Below, in pieces: positions 54,279 through 64,000 of a DNA stretch of 64,000 nucleotides. Made by a program: the position numbers and the translations under genes. A model generated the notes under the pieces. It was not told the DNA's origin. It saw nothing but the letters and a program-made list of their open reading frames with translations, and ran no database searches. The DNA comes from Proteobacteria bacterium CG1_02_64_396 (lineage in GTDB: Bacteria > Pseudomonadota > MNWR01 > CG1-02-64-396): assembly GCA_001872725.1 (NCBI GenBank), contig MNWR01000017.1:1982-65981 (forward strand). Direction: 5' to 3'. Position 1 is the first letter of the stretch, and the number at the start of each line of letters is the position of its first letter.

Positions 54279-55756
54279 GGCGTCCACCCCCGCTGGCGCA
54301 GCGCCCGGTAGGCGTACCCCTGCAAATACCAGGGGAAGATCTCGGAACGCACCAACGTGTCGAGCACCCCGGCCCCGACATCGCCGGGGATGCGGACCAT
54401 GGCGTCGGCCACCTTGCACGAAACGATCAGGGCCGGTTCTCGATCGGGGGCGAGCATAGGGAGCAGCAGCGCCAACAGATCGCGACGACCGCTTTCGGCC
54501 GCCCCCTTGGCCCCGTAAAGCCGCACCGGGGCCGAGGTGTCGCCCAGCCAGGTTTGCCATTGCTGCATGGTGAGCGCCCGCCCATCGGCCACCTCTTCGG
54601 CCAGCTTTCTCGCCAGGGCGATCCGCTGCCAGCCGCCGCCAGAATCCGCGTTTAGGTTTTCCCACACATCCCCTGCGGGGGGGGGCGCCGCGCCGCTGGC
54701 GATCAGCAGCAGTGCCAAACCACCGCTGCCCGTCACCCCCACGGGGCGCATCCCCCAATGGGCGACCGATCGCCCCCCCAGCCAAACCAACCCCATCAAA
54801 CCTAGCACCCCCCAACCGAGCAAAAGTCCCCACCCCAGCAGTTGGCGAACGCTGTTTTTTGTATCGCTTTGAGCCGAAAGGGTTTGGATGGCGTGCAGCC
54901 AGGCGTCGCGCCCCAGCACCGAAACCTCCAGTCGGATCTGCTCCCCCGAACCTGCCCGATTGCCGATGAGCCACCCTTTGCCCTCCGCCGGCGCCGGAGC
55001 GATGGTGAAGTCACCCATAGTGCCGGATGCATCGACGATCACCGCCACCCCGATGCCGCGCAGCAGGGGGGTCAGCGCTCGGGGGATTGGCTCAGGGGCG
55101 ATCCAGGCGCCCACCGGCTGACCGTGGTCGATCAGCGGTTCAAAAGGGCGGCTGGCCAAGGGGGAGACACGGTAGTAGCCATCGACCAGCGCCGCCCCCC
55201 CCGGCAAACCGAGCAGCACATCGCGCCCCCACAGCGCGGTCGAGCCCTGGGGCAGGGCGGACAGCAGCGCAAGGCCCACCGCCAATCCGGCCAGCGCTCC
55301 GCGACGATTGCCAAACCCGTGAAAGGGGGCGGGGATGAGGATCGCTCCGGCGGCGATGGCGCCACCCCACCACCCCCCCCAACCTTGACCGGCCAAACCG
55401 CAAAGCAGCAGCGCAAGCAGCGCCGCCAGCCCTCGTCCCCAGCGCGGCAGCCACCCCGTCAGCCCCGCAATAAGCATCAGCCAGGGGAGCCAAGCCAGGG
55501 CCGGCAGCAGGGCGGCGCCCCAGACCGGGATCGCCTCGACCGCCTGCGCCTGGGGATGGGGGACGATCCCCGCCTGCCCCACCGCCTGCATGGTGGCGGC
55601 CAAATGGGGCGCCACAGGCGCCACCCAAGCCCAGCCCCAAACCCAGGCGGCCAGCAGCAGCAAGGCGATCCGCCCCCACCGGGCGCCGGGTGGCTGCGCC
55701 CACGTTTGCCCCTTTGCCGGACCGTTTGGTTGTTCCATGCTTTTGGCTTCTCCCAC
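54275..55756 (-). CDS. Hypothetical polytopic membrane protein with a soluble C-terminal domain
   Basis: 493 aa with a Trp/Gly/Ala-rich TM region and no recognisable motif. It is coupled to the CPBP gene. Confidence 0.5.
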   Translation of the reverse strand: MGEAKSMEQPNGPAKGQTWAQPPGARWGRIALLLLAAWVWGWAWVAPVAPHLAATMQAVGQAGIVPHPQAQAVEAIPVWGAALLPALAWLPWLMLIAGLTGWLPRWGRGLAALLALLLCGLAGQGWGGWWGGAIAAGAILIPAPFHGFGNRRGALAGLAVGLALLSALPQGSTALWGRDVLLGLPGGAALVDGYYRVSPLASRPFEPLIDHGQPVGAWIAPEPIPRALTPLLRGIGVAVIVDASGTMGDFTIAPAPAEGKGWLIGNRAGSGEQIRLEVSVLGRDAWLHAIQTLSAQSDTKNSVRQLLGWGLLLGWGVLGLMGLVWLGGRSVAHWGMRPVGVTGSGGLALLLIASGAAPPPAGDVWENLNADSGGGWQRIALARKLAEEVADGRALTMQQWQTWLGDTSAPVRLYGAKGAAESGRRDLLALLLPMLAPDREPALIVSCKVADAMVRIPGDVGAGVLDTLVRSEIFPWYLQGYAYRALRQRGWTP

Positions 55757-55775
55757 GAATAATCAGGAACCTGAA

Positions 55776-56513
55776 ATGATCCCGAGACTTTACCTGCCCC
55801 CCGACAGCGGGGCCACGACCGACCCAACCCTGACCGGCGCTAGCCTGCCCTTGAGCAAGGAGCAGAGCCATTACCTGGCCCGGGTGCTGCGGCTGGAAGA
55901 GGGGGCGGCGCTGGTGGTGTTCGATGGCTGCGGCGGCGAGTGGGAGGCGACCTTTTTGCCCCCCGCCACGGCCCACATCGGCACCCCGACCGGGCGCAAT
56001 CCCGAATCGCCCCTCGATCTGACCTTGGCCTGCGCCATCGGCAAAGGGGATCGCTTCGACTGGGTGCTGCAAAAGGCGACCGAGGCGGGGGTCACCCGCA
56101 TCGTTCCCCTGCTGACCCGCCGTACTCAGGTGAAGATCGAGGCGGGCCAAAAAGAGGAACGCAAACTGGAGCGCTGGCAGGCCATCGTCATGGAGGCGGC
56201 CGAACAGTCGGAGCGCACCGTCATCCCCGAGATCGCCCCCCCCATCACCCCCAGCCGCCTCGATTTGAGCATCCCCACCCTGGTCGCCTTTGAGCGCGGG
56301 GGGCGCCCGATGGAGCAACTGCTCGCCGACATCCCCACAGGTCCGCTGCAAATCGCCATTGGTCCGGAGGGGGGGTGGGATCCCGAAGAGGTGGCCGACT
56401 TGAGTGGTCGCGGCGCCCATCTGCTGAGCCTGGGGCCGCGCATCCTGCGGATGGAAACCGCCGCGCTGGCTGTGGTGGCACTGGCCCAAGCGCTACGGGG
56501 GGATTGGCGGTAG
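55776..56513 (+). CDS. rsmE: 16S rRNA (uracil1498-N3)-methyltransferase
   Basis: In-frame ATG 55776 of ORF 55590..56513. It has MIPRLYL...HYLARVLRL and a C-terminal GPEGGW...LGPRILR(M)ETA. Confidence 0.85.
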   Translation: MIPRLYLPPDSGATTDPTLTGASLPLSKEQSHYLARVLRLEEGAALVVFDGCGGEWEATFLPPATAHIGTPTGRNPESPLDLTLACAIGKGDRFDWVLQKATEAGVTRIVPLLTRRTQVKIEAGQKEERKLERWQAIVMEAAEQSERTVIPEIAPPITPSRLDLSIPTLVAFERGGRPMEQLLADIPTGPLQIAIGPEGGWDPEEVADLSGRGAHLLSLGPRILRMETAALAVVALAQALRGDWR

Positions 56514-56526
56514 CGCTCATCCACCC

Positions 56527-56689
56527 TTAGTGGAAGCGCTGATTGAATCGCGCTTCCGAGCAGCCCAGGGATGGGCCGCCAAAATCAGGAACGTAAGTAG
56601 GAGGCGACCCCGTCGCCGAAGCTCTGCTTTTGGTTTTTGGCAAGCGTCGCTGATTCAAGACAGGATGCCTTTAATCAGCGCTTCCTTAG
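56527..56689. mobile_element. MITE-like repeat family 1, copy G (one hairpin module)
   Basis: TTAGTGGAAGCGCTGATTGAATCGCGCTTCC ... GTAGGAGGCGACCCCGTCGCCGAAG ... TTAATCAGCGCTTCCTTAGG. Confidence 0.8.
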
Positions 56690-56711
56690 GAAAACGCTAC
56701 GCAGGCGGCTC

Positions 56712-56880
56712 CTAGGAGTCTGTCGGGCTTGAGCGTCCGTAGCGAGCTGAGTGGGGAATCGAGGCCAAATTTTCACGGTTTTGAGGATCATAGTGGTGGC
56801 TATGTGACGAAAAACCGGGGAAATTTGGACCGATTACCCGCCGGCGCAGTAGGACGATCTCAAGCCCGACAGACTCCTAG
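56712..56880. mobile_element. MITE family 2, intact copy with perfect 22-bp terminal inverted repeats
   Basis: CTAGGAGTCTGTCGGGCTTGAG (56712-56733) and CTCAAGCCCGACAGACTCCTAG (56859-56880). The element is 169 bp with no ORF. Confidence 0.8.
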
Positions 56881-56988
56881 AACAACGGGGCCGACTTGTT
56901 CGCACCCCCAAACCCAAGCAGGATGTTGAACACTGGCTTTTGCGTTGTCCCGTAGCTTCCTTTCGATTGGCCTGCAAGGAGACCGCCG

Positions 56989-58344
56989 ATGACCGTGACC
57001 CGTGTGACCCTCGACGAAAACGAAATCCCCAGCCACTGGTACAACGTGGTGGCCGACATGCCCAATCCCCCCAGCCCGCCGCTGGGGCCGGACGGCAACC
57101 CGGTCAGCCCCGAGCAGATGCTGGCGATCTTCCCCGGTAACCTGCTTGAGCAAGAGATGAGCGCCGAGCGCTGGATCCCCATCCCCGAGCCGGTGCGCGA
57201 GGCCTACAAGATCTGGCGTCCCACCCCTTTGATGCGGGCGGTGCGGCTGGAACGTGCGCTCGGGACCCCGGCCAAGATCTACTTCAAATACGAGGGGGTA
57301 TCCCCTTCAGGCTCGCACAAACCCAATACCTCGATCCCCCAGGCCTACTACAACAAACAGGCGGGGATCCACCGTCTGACCACCGAGACCGGCGCCGGGC
57401 AGTGGGGCAGCTCGATCGCCTTTGCCGGTCAGCTTTTCGGGGTCGACGTGCGGGTCTATATGGTTAAGGTGAGTTACCACCAAAAACCCTACCGCCGCTC
57501 GATGATGCAAACCTGGGGGGCCGAAGTGTTCGCCAGCCCCAGCAACATGACCCAAACCGGCCGCGCCATCCTCGAAAAGGATCCCGACAACCAAGGCTCT
57601 TTGGGCATCGCCATCTCAGAGGCGGTGGAGGAGGCGGCGGGACGGGCCGACACCAATTACTCGCTCGGTTCGGTGCTCAACCATGTGCTGCTGCACCAAA
57701 CCGTCATTGGGCTGGAGGCCAAGAAGCAGTTCGAAAAGATCGGCGCCTACCCCGACATGATCTTCGCCCCCTGCGGCGGCGGCTCGAATTTCGCGGGGAT
57801 CGGCTTTCCCTTCTTGGCCGACAAAGCGGCGGGGAAACAGGTGCGGCTGGTGGCGGTCGAGCCGACCTCGTGTCCGACCCTGACCAAGGGGGTCTATGCC
57901 TACGACTACGGCGACGCCTCCGGCTTCACTCCGCTGATGCAGATGTACACCCTCGGGCACGACTTCATGCCGCCCGGCATCCACGCAGGGGGACTGCGCT
58001 ACCACGGCGACTCCCCCCTGGTGTCTCAGCTCTACCACGAAAAGCTCATTGAGGCGGTGGCGGTGCCGCAACTGGCCACCTTCGAAGCGGGGGTGCAGTT
58101 CGCCCGCACCGAGGGGATCATCCCCGCCCCCGAGTCGTGCCACGCCATCCGCGCCTGCATTGACGAAGCGCTGCGCTGCAAGCAGAGCGGCGAGCCCAAA
58201 ACCCTGCTCTTCAACCTATCGGGGCACGGCCACTTCGATATGTCCTCATACGACCGTTACTTCGCAGGGGAGCTTGAGGATTTCGAATACCCTGCCGAGG
58301 CGATTGCCGAGTCGTTGAACCATTTGCCCAAAGTGGGGGGGTAA
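56989..58344 (+). CDS. trpB: TrpB-like PLP-dependent enzyme (TrpB2-type tryptophan synthase beta)
   Basis: 451 aa with the PLP lysine context [16 protein letters not shown], and the long N-terminal extension typical of TrpB2. Confidence 0.85.
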   Translation: MTVTRVTLDENEIPSHWYNVVADMPNPPSPPLGPDGNPVSPEQMLAIFPGNLLEQEMSAERWIPIPEPVREAYKIWRPTPLMRAVRLERALGTPAKIYFKYEGVSPSGSHKPNTSIPQAYYNKQAGIHRLTTETGAGQWGSSIAFAGQLFGVDVRVYMVKVSYHQKPYRRSMMQTWGAEVFASPSNMTQTGRAILEKDPDNQGSLGIAISEAVEEAAGRADTNYSLGSVLNHVLLHQTVIGLEAKKQFEKIGAYPDMIFAPCGGGSNFAGIGFPFLADKAAGKQVRLVAVEPTSCPTLTKGVYAYDYGDASGFTPLMQMYTLGHDFMPPGIHAGGLRYHGDSPLVSQLYHEKLIEAVAVPQLATFEAGVQFARTEGIIPAPESCHAIRACIDEALRCKQSGEPKTLLFNLSGHGHFDMSSYDRYFAGELEDFEYPAEAIAESLNHLPKVGG

Positions 58345-58408
58345 AGATCGGTTGCGCTGGTGGCTCCAGCTTTCGCTGGTCCAGCTTCCCCCCCCAAAAA
58401 ACAAAAAA

Positions 58409-58436
58409 GCCCCCGGAGCGATCCGGGGGCTTTTTT
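58409..58436. terminator. Bidirectional rho-independent terminator (trpB2 / SDR convergent pair)
   Basis: AAAAAA-GCCCCCGGA-GCGA-TCCGGGGGC-TTTTTT. Confidence 0.85.
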
Positions 58437-58461
58437 GTTTTCTTGCCTAAAACCAAGCGGG

Positions 58462-59454
58462 TCAAGCTTTGGTGCGATCCAACCCCAGCTCTTTGACCTC
58501 ATGCTGATCGAGGGCGTGCAGCATGCGGTCACGATGGTAGGGGTCGAACTGGCCGATGTAGGTCGGCAGCACCCAGGTCATGCCGCGAGGTTTGAGACCG
58601 AAGACCGAGGTCATGGCGTTGTCGGAACAAACGGAATCCACCCGCGCCCCATCGACCATCTCGCTGGTGAGGATCTTGCCGGGCAGGAACGAAACCGCCC
58701 CGGCCAGCAGATCGGCCATGCCGAGGGGAATGGGGAGGATCGGACGCTGTTTGCCGATGGCCGCCGCCATGGTCATGGTCAGGATTTGACGCATGGTGAA
58801 GACCTCGGGGCCACCCAGATCATAGGTCTGGCCGAAGGTCTTGCGCTGATCGAGGCATTGGATCATCGGGGTGACCACATCCTCGGCCCAGATCGGCTGC
58901 ATCTTGACCGTGCCGCAACCGATCATCGGCATTACCGGCAGCATGCGGGCCATACGGGCAAAACGGGTGATGGTGCTGTCGCCGCTACCGAAAATCAGGG
59001 AGGGGCGCAGAACGGTAACGTCGAGATCGTCAACCAGAGCGGCCCGCTCCCCCATCCCTTTGGATTGGAAATAGCGGCTTTCGGAGTTGCTGTCGGCCCC
59101 AAGTGCCGAAACGTGCACCAGCCGCTTCACCCCGGTTTGGCGCATGGCTGCCACAATGTTGGCTGGCCCCATGGCGTTCACCTTGTCGAGGTGGTTGCGC
59201 TTGGAATCGACCAGGGCACCAGACAGGTTGATCACCGCATCGACCCCAGCAAAGGCCTCGGCCAACCCTTCGCCGGTGACCACATTGCCGTGGCACCAAT
59301 CGACCAGCCCCAAATACAGGGATTGACGTTTGACCAAATCGGGGCGACGGCTGATCGCACGGACCTTGATGCCGTTGTTGACCAGTTCCGAGAGCAGGTG
59401 GCGACCGACGAAGCCGGAGGCTCCGACCACAGCAATGCGACGGAAAATCATCAA
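58462..59454 (-). CDS. NAD(P)H-binding SDR, NDUFA9/complex I 39-kDa-like (NmrA/epimerase fold)
   Basis: 330 aa with VVGASGFVGRHL and an extended SDR architecture. Confidence 0.75.
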   Translation of the reverse strand: MMIFRRIAVVGASGFVGRHLLSELVNNGIKVRAISRRPDLVKRQSLYLGLVDWCHGNVVTGEGLAEAFAGVDAVINLSGALVDSKRNHLDKVNAMGPANIVAAMRQTGVKRLVHVSALGADSNSESRYFQSKGMGERAALVDDLDVTVLRPSLIFGSGDSTITRFARMARMLPVMPMIGCGTVKMQPIWAEDVVTPMIQCLDQRKTFGQTYDLGGPEVFTMRQILTMTMAAAIGKQRPILPIPLGMADLLAGAVSFLPGKILTSEMVDGARVDSVCSDNAMTSVFGLKPRGMTWVLPTYIGQFDPYHRDRMLHALDQHEVKELGLDRTKA

Positions 59455-59490
59455 CCGTTCCTCTTGGGTTCCGGGATTGTAAAATCAGAG

Positions 59491-59519
59491 ACGGGCTTGT
59501 TGAAAAAGCCCGTTTTTTT
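59491..59519. terminator. Hairpin with flanking A/T runs between rho and the SDR gene
   Basis: ACGGGCTT-GTTGAAA-AAGCCCGT-TTTTTT. The T-run is on the plus strand and the A-run faces the minus-strand rho transcript, so its function as the rho terminator is uncertain. Confidence 0.4.
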
Positions 59520-59539
59520 AATGGATTGAGCCGTCCAGG

Positions 59540-61036
59540 TCAACGCTGGGCCATGCTGTCGAAGAAGTCGTCGTTGTTCTTCGTGCCCGAAAGCTTGTCA
59601 AGCAGGAACTCCATCGCCCCGATCGCCCCCATGTCGTGCAGGATCTTGCGCAGCACCCACATTTTTTGCAGATGGGCCGGGGAGACCAGCAACTCCTCTT
59701 TGCGGGTACCCGACTTGGCGATGTCGATGGCGGGGAAGATCCGCTTGTCGGCCAGTTTGCGGTCGAGCACCACCTCTTGGTTACCGGTCCCCTTGAATTC
59801 TTCGAAGATGACCTCATCCATGCGCGAGCCGGTGTCGATCAGGGCGGTGGCCAGGATGGTCAGACTCCCCCCCTCCTCGATGTTGCGGGCCGCACCGAAG
59901 AAGCGTTTGGGTTTGTGCAGGGCGTGGGCGTCGACACCACCGGTGAGGATCTTGCCCGAGGCGGGAACCACCGTGTTGTAGGCGCGGGCCAGACGGGTGA
60001 TCGAATCGAGCAGAATGACCACATCGACACCACACTCCACCAACCGCTTGGCCTTCTCGATCACCATCTCGGCGACCTGAACGTGCCGGGTGGCCGGTTC
60101 GTCGAAGGTCGAGGAGACCACCTCCCCCTTCACCGAACGGGCCATGTCGGTCACCTCCTCGGGCCGCTCGTCGATGAGCAACACGATCAGGAAGATCTCC
60201 GGATGGTTGGTGGTGATGGCGTGGGCGATTTCTTGCAGCAGCACCGTCTTACCGGTGCGGGGGGGGGCGACGATCAAGCCGCGCTGCCCTTTGCCGATGG
60301 GGGCGGCCAGGTCGATGACCCGGGTGGTGATCGGTCCCACTTCGTATTCAAGGCTGAGCCGCTCGTCGGGGTACAGGGGGGTCAGATCGTCGAAGTGGAC
60401 CCGCTCGCGCGCCTTTTCGACCGAGCGGAAGTTAATCGCCTCGACCTTGAGCAGTGCAAAATAACGCTCCCCCTCTTTGGGCGGGCGGATCTTGCCGGTG
60501 ACGGTGTCGCCAGTCTTGAGGTTGAAACGGCGGATCTGCGAGGGCGACACATAGATATCGTCGGGCCCGGCCAGGTAACTGGCGTCGGGGGCGCGCAAAA
60601 AACCGTACCCCTCTTGCACGATCTCAAGCACCCCTTCGGCCTGAATCGAGCCGTGGTTGCGCGAGTGCACCCGCAGCACCTCGTAGACCAGATCCTGGCG
60701 CCGCATCCCCGAGGCCCCCTCGATCTTGTAATTGCGGGCCAACGCCCCCAGCTCGGTGATCGGGGTGCGCTTGAGGTCGTTGAGGTTGATTTCGGGACCG
60801 GCGGGGGGGGCGGTGGGCCGGGGAGGGCGACGGCTGGCGCGGGCCAATCGGCCCGTCTCGCCCCCTTCCGAAGAGGTGCCGTTGCCGTTGCTCCCCACCC
60901 CCCGCCGCTTGAGCGACGGTACCATCGGGAGGGAACCTCCATCCCCTTCGAGGCTGGAGGTGGAGGAGGATTCAGAGGCGGCTTCGGAATCGGTATCGTC
61001 GAACTGCTCTTCGGACCCGCTAGACGTGGATGACAT
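59540..61036 (-). CDS. rho: Transcription termination factor Rho with an ~80-aa low-complexity N-terminal extension
   Basis: ATG 61036 within ORF 59540..61225. It has the RNA-binding domain (GYGFLR), Walker A PPRTGKT and Q/R loops. Confidence 0.95.
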   Translation of the reverse strand: MSSTSSGSEEQFDDTDSEAASESSSTSSLEGDGGSLPMVPSLKRRGVGSNGNGTSSEGGETGRLARASRRPPRPTAPPAGPEINLNDLKRTPITELGALARNYKIEGASGMRRQDLVYEVLRVHSRNHGSIQAEGVLEIVQEGYGFLRAPDASYLAGPDDIYVSPSQIRRFNLKTGDTVTGKIRPPKEGERYFALLKVEAINFRSVEKARERVHFDDLTPLYPDERLSLEYEVGPITTRVIDLAAPIGKGQRGLIVAPPRTGKTVLLQEIAHAITTNHPEIFLIVLLIDERPEEVTDMARSVKGEVVSSTFDEPATRHVQVAEMVIEKAKRLVECGVDVVILLDSITRLARAYNTVVPASGKILTGGVDAHALHKPKRFFGAARNIEEGGSLTILATALIDTGSRMDEVIFEEFKGTGNQEVVLDRKLADKRIFPAIDIAKSGTRKEELLVSPAHLQKMWVLRKILHDMGAIGAMEFLLDKLSGTKNNDDFFDSMAQR

Positions 61037-61400
61037 CCGGTACCCTTTGACTGGTCGAACTTGAGGAGAGGCGCTACGGCATACGATTCGGGCACAAAAC
61101 CCGAGTGTGGTGCGATGCGAAGGGAATGATTCCAGCAATCGAACTGGAACTGGGGCGGGAACGGGGAACCTATCGTGGATGCCGCGAGCACCCGGCAAGA
61201 TCCGGTGGTCGAGCGGCCAATTCAAAAAGGGGAACGGGTATCGGCAGGATTCCTGAAGGCTTCCTTCCCCGCGACGTCCCAGCGAGGAGGTGGGAACGCT
61301 AGTCCTTGGTCACTCGGGTTGTCAACCGGACTTTGCCGGTCCGGTCGGGGTCCGGTGGCATCCGTTTCCCCCTTCCCTGGTGGACTCTTCTGGACACAGG

Positions 61401-63194
61401 TTACCCCGCCTCGGGTTGTCCCCCCCTGGATGAGGTGGATTGTTTATTCCCCGTACACTCCCCAAAGACCGAATGGGGGCAGGCGGCGCAGATGTTCAGA
61501 TCGAGGTTGGGCACGATAGCGGCCAGGGCGCCGGTTTTGGAATCGAAGACGTGGTCCTCCCCAATCGCCTTCAGGGCGCCGCTCTTGCGCAACAAATCCA
61601 TTACCTGCGGCTTAACGTCGTAGAGGTAGAGATCGCCACCCGCCTTGCGCCGCTCCTCGGCCAGACGGGTCAACACGTCGACCCCCGAGACATCGACATG
61701 GTTGATCCCCTGACAAACCACCATGGTTTTGGTCTGGCCCGGCAGCAGAGCGCTCACCTTGGCGAGCTGCTCCTCCACATGGTTGACCGCCCCAAAGTAG
61801 AGGGAGCCGTCGATGCGCACGATGCCGAACTGGGGGCACTGGGGCAGGTAGGGGTTGGTGGTGAATTTACGGGTTACGGGATCGGGAACCCGTAGCAACA
61901 CCTGGGGGCGCGAAGTGCGATTGAGGTAGAGCAGCAGCGAGAGCATCACCCCGAGGAAGATCGCGAACTCCAACTCTAAAAACAGGGCGCTGAAGAAGGT
62001 GGTCGCCATGATCGCGGTTTCGGGGCGGCTGGCGTGCAGGATGTGTTTGATCTCTTTGAAATCAATCAGTCCGTAAGCGACCAAAAAGAGCAGCCCCCCC
62101 ATCGCCGCCTTGGGCAGATAGGCGGCCAGCGGCGCGACCATCACCACGATCATCATCAGCAGCAGCCCGGCAAAGATCGCCGCCAGCGGGGTTTTGGCCC
62201 CCGCTGAGTAGTTGATGCCGCTGCGGTTGAACGAGCCGGTGGCCACATAGCCCGAGAAGAAGGAACCCGCCAGGTTGGAGAGTCCCTGACCGATGAACTC
62301 CTGGTTGCCGTCGATCCGCTGTCCGGTGCGCTGCGCCAGCGACCGCCCAATCGAAACCGCCTCGGTCAAGGCGAACAGGGTCACCGCCAAGGCGGCCGGG
62401 GCCAGCTCTTTGATGGTGGCCAGGCTCAGGTCGGGGGCCGACAGTGGCGGTAGGGTGTCGGGTAGGGCGCCGACCGTGACGATGCCGGTGACGTCGAAGC
62501 CGTACATCCGATTGAGCAGGAGCGACACCAAGCTGCCAACCACCATTGCCACCAGCAGGAAGGGGAGCTTGGGCCAGAGCTTCTTGACCAACACCCCCGA
62601 AATCAGGGTCGCCGCCCCCACCGCCGTGATGTAAGGGTTCACGTGCGGCAATCCCGCAACGGTGAGCTGGAAGACCTCGACCAGATCGGCGTCCCGTGGG
62701 ATATCAATGCCGAAAAAATTCTTGATCTGCTTGGCGGCGATCCACACCGCCGCCCCCGCCGTGAACCCCACCACCACCGAATGGGAGATGAAGTTGACCA
62801 GCGTCCCGGCCCGAGCGAGCCCGAGTACCAGTTCGATTACCCCAACCATGAAGGTCAGGGTCAGCGCCAGGGTGACGTATTGGGCACTTCCCGGTTCGGC
62901 AAAGGCGGAGAGCGAGGAAAACAGCACAATCGAAGCGGCGGTGGTCGGCCCCGAAACCAATAAGCGCGACGAGCCGAAGAAGGCGGCGATGATCGCCGGA
63001 ACCATCCCGGCGTAGAGGCCGTATTCGGGGGGCATGCCGGCGATGACGGCAAAGGCGACCCCCTGCGGCAGCACCACCACCGCCCCGGTGAGACCGGCAA
63101 TAAAATCGGCTTTCCAGGTCTTGCGGGTTTCGGGAAGCCAGCGCAGGAACGGCGTCCATGGCTTAAGCCACGGGTGAAAATCGGGATGACTCAT
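61401..63194 (-). CDS. SulP-family anion permease with C-terminal STAS domain
   Basis: 597 aa, with GLTGAVVVLPQGVAFA and a STAS domain (VRIDGSLYFGAV). Confidence 0.9.
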   Translation of the reverse strand: MSHPDFHPWLKPWTPFLRWLPETRKTWKADFIAGLTGAVVVLPQGVAFAVIAGMPPEYGLYAGMVPAIIAAFFGSSRLLVSGPTTAASIVLFSSLSAFAEPGSAQYVTLALTLTFMVGVIELVLGLARAGTLVNFISHSVVVGFTAGAAVWIAAKQIKNFFGIDIPRDADLVEVFQLTVAGLPHVNPYITAVGAATLISGVLVKKLWPKLPFLLVAMVVGSLVSLLLNRMYGFDVTGIVTVGALPDTLPPLSAPDLSLATIKELAPAALAVTLFALTEAVSIGRSLAQRTGQRIDGNQEFIGQGLSNLAGSFFSGYVATGSFNRSGINYSAGAKTPLAAIFAGLLLMMIVVMVAPLAAYLPKAAMGGLLFLVAYGLIDFKEIKHILHASRPETAIMATTFFSALFLELEFAIFLGVMLSLLLYLNRTSRPQVLLRVPDPVTRKFTTNPYLPQCPQFGIVRIDGSLYFGAVNHVEEQLAKVSALLPGQTKTMVVCQGINHVDVSGVDVLTRLAEERRKAGGDLYLYDVKPQVMDLLRKSGALKAIGEDHVFDSKTGALAAIVPNLDLNICAACPHSVFGECTGNKQSTSSRGGQPEAG

Positions 63195-63469
63195 GAACGA
63201 TACGTCGCGCCCATAGAAGGGATTGATGGCAACTTATGCAATGCTGCCACCGAGCGAAGCCGGTTGGACGGTAGAGGCTTCGCTGTCAAAACGGTTGTTC
63301 GGATGCGGAGTGGGGCCTGCTTGTTGTTCGTCGCAATGCCCGCAATGGCGGATGCGCCGCGCCGATTCACCCTACGACTTGCCGACCCGACCCTTTCGGG
63401 TTCATCGATTCGCGGACGGGGTCCGCTCCTACAGTGGATCCGCAGCGCACCCTCCTTCCCCAAACATCC

Positions 63470-64000
63470 TCAGCGCACCACCATGACCGAGTTTTCGGCC
63501 ATCTGGACCACGTTGAAGGCGGTCCCCCCCATGAAGAAGCGGCCCAGCCCTTTGTTGGTTTCGGCTGCCAGAACGATCACCGAGTAGGCCCGCCCCAACT
63601 TGACCAATTCCTCGACCGGATGGCCGACGGCGGTCAGGGTTTCAAGCACCTCCAACCCCGCCTCCTCCATGCGGCGGCGCCCCTCGTCGACGATGGCCTG
63701 GGCTTTGTCGACATCCCCTTCGTTGGCCGCCACCGAGATCAGCGACACCGGGCACTTGCAGCGCAGCGCCACGGTGGCGTCTTTAATCATCGCCTCATAA
63801 GCCTTGTCGCTGCCGTCGATGCCGATGAGGTGGCCGTGCCCCTCCTCCAGCTCCCGGGCGACCAGCACCGAGCAGGGGGCATGGATCACCACCTTTTGCG
63901 CCACCGACGACATCAGGAATTTCGACAAACCCCTGCGCTGCCCGGTCGCCCCCAGGATCACCAGGTCGTACCCCTCAGCCACCGCCTCACCCAGCACCAC
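63470..64000 (-). CDS. Tandem universal stress protein (UspA family); 5' end outside the window
   Basis: Two USP C-terminal signatures are present (LVILGATGQRG.S.F.MSSVAQKV; VLAAETNKGLGRFFMGGTAFNV). The gene runs off the right edge. Confidence 0.8.
   Translation of the reverse strand: MVLGEAVAEGYDLVILGATGQRRGLSKFLMSSVAQKVVIHAPCSVLVARELEEGHGHLIGIDGSDKAYEAMIKDATVALRCKCPVSLISVAANEGDVDKAQAIVDEGRRRMEEAGLEVLETLTAVGHPVEELVKLGRAYSVIVLAAETNKGLGRFFMGGTAFNVVQMAENSVMVVR

Overview
High-GC proteobacterial-type chromosomal segment (organism not identified), densely coded, with many spurious antisense ORFs as expected at this GC. All calls below come from reading the ORF translations and the DNA by eye; no searches were run.

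Gene content, in order:
- aroE (3' part), then a translationally coupled type IV pilus cluster: pilB, pilC, pilS, pilR, pilD, a secreted Pro-rich ORF and coaE.
- typA/bipA, a ParE-type toxin-antitoxin pair and an M20 amidase.
- A DUF2132-like protein, an OYE flavin reductase, an AI-2E transporter and a P-type ATPase.
- An aldolase/SDR fusion.
- A signalling-rich block (about 21.2-40.0 kb), described below.
- nhaP, trkH, a TRIC-like channel and two OsmC paralogs.
- An amine-oxidase-like flavoprotein and a FIST-GAF-nucleotidyl cyclase, divergent from a cNMP-binding FAD/FeS oxidoreductase.
- A CoA-binding protein, a CPBP protease, a membrane ORF, rsmE, trpB2, an SDR, rho, a SulP/STAS permease and a tandem USP (5' end outside the window).

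No rRNA, tRNA, CRISPR array, transposase or integrase was recognised.

Main points of interest:
1. The small-subunit and large-subunit genes of a [NiFe]-hydrogenase lie on the same strand but about 13.9 kb apart. They bracket three GGDEF proteins, a nine-or-so-PAS histidine kinase with a FixJ-type regulator, and an MglA-like GTPase operon with three Roadblock-like proteins. This may be an H2/redox-sensing signalling system, or an operon split by an inserted island.
2. The GTPase/Roadblock operon itself is conservon-like but has a different composition.
3. A flavoprotein, FIST-cyclase and OsmC cluster sits opposite a cNMP-gated redox enzyme.
4. Three families of non-coding repeats are present. 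One is a MITE-like element with at least 7 copies and a hairpin module that varies from 0 to 5 copies. The second is a MITE with perfect 22-bp terminal inverted repeats. The third is an E. coli-REP-like inverted doublet.
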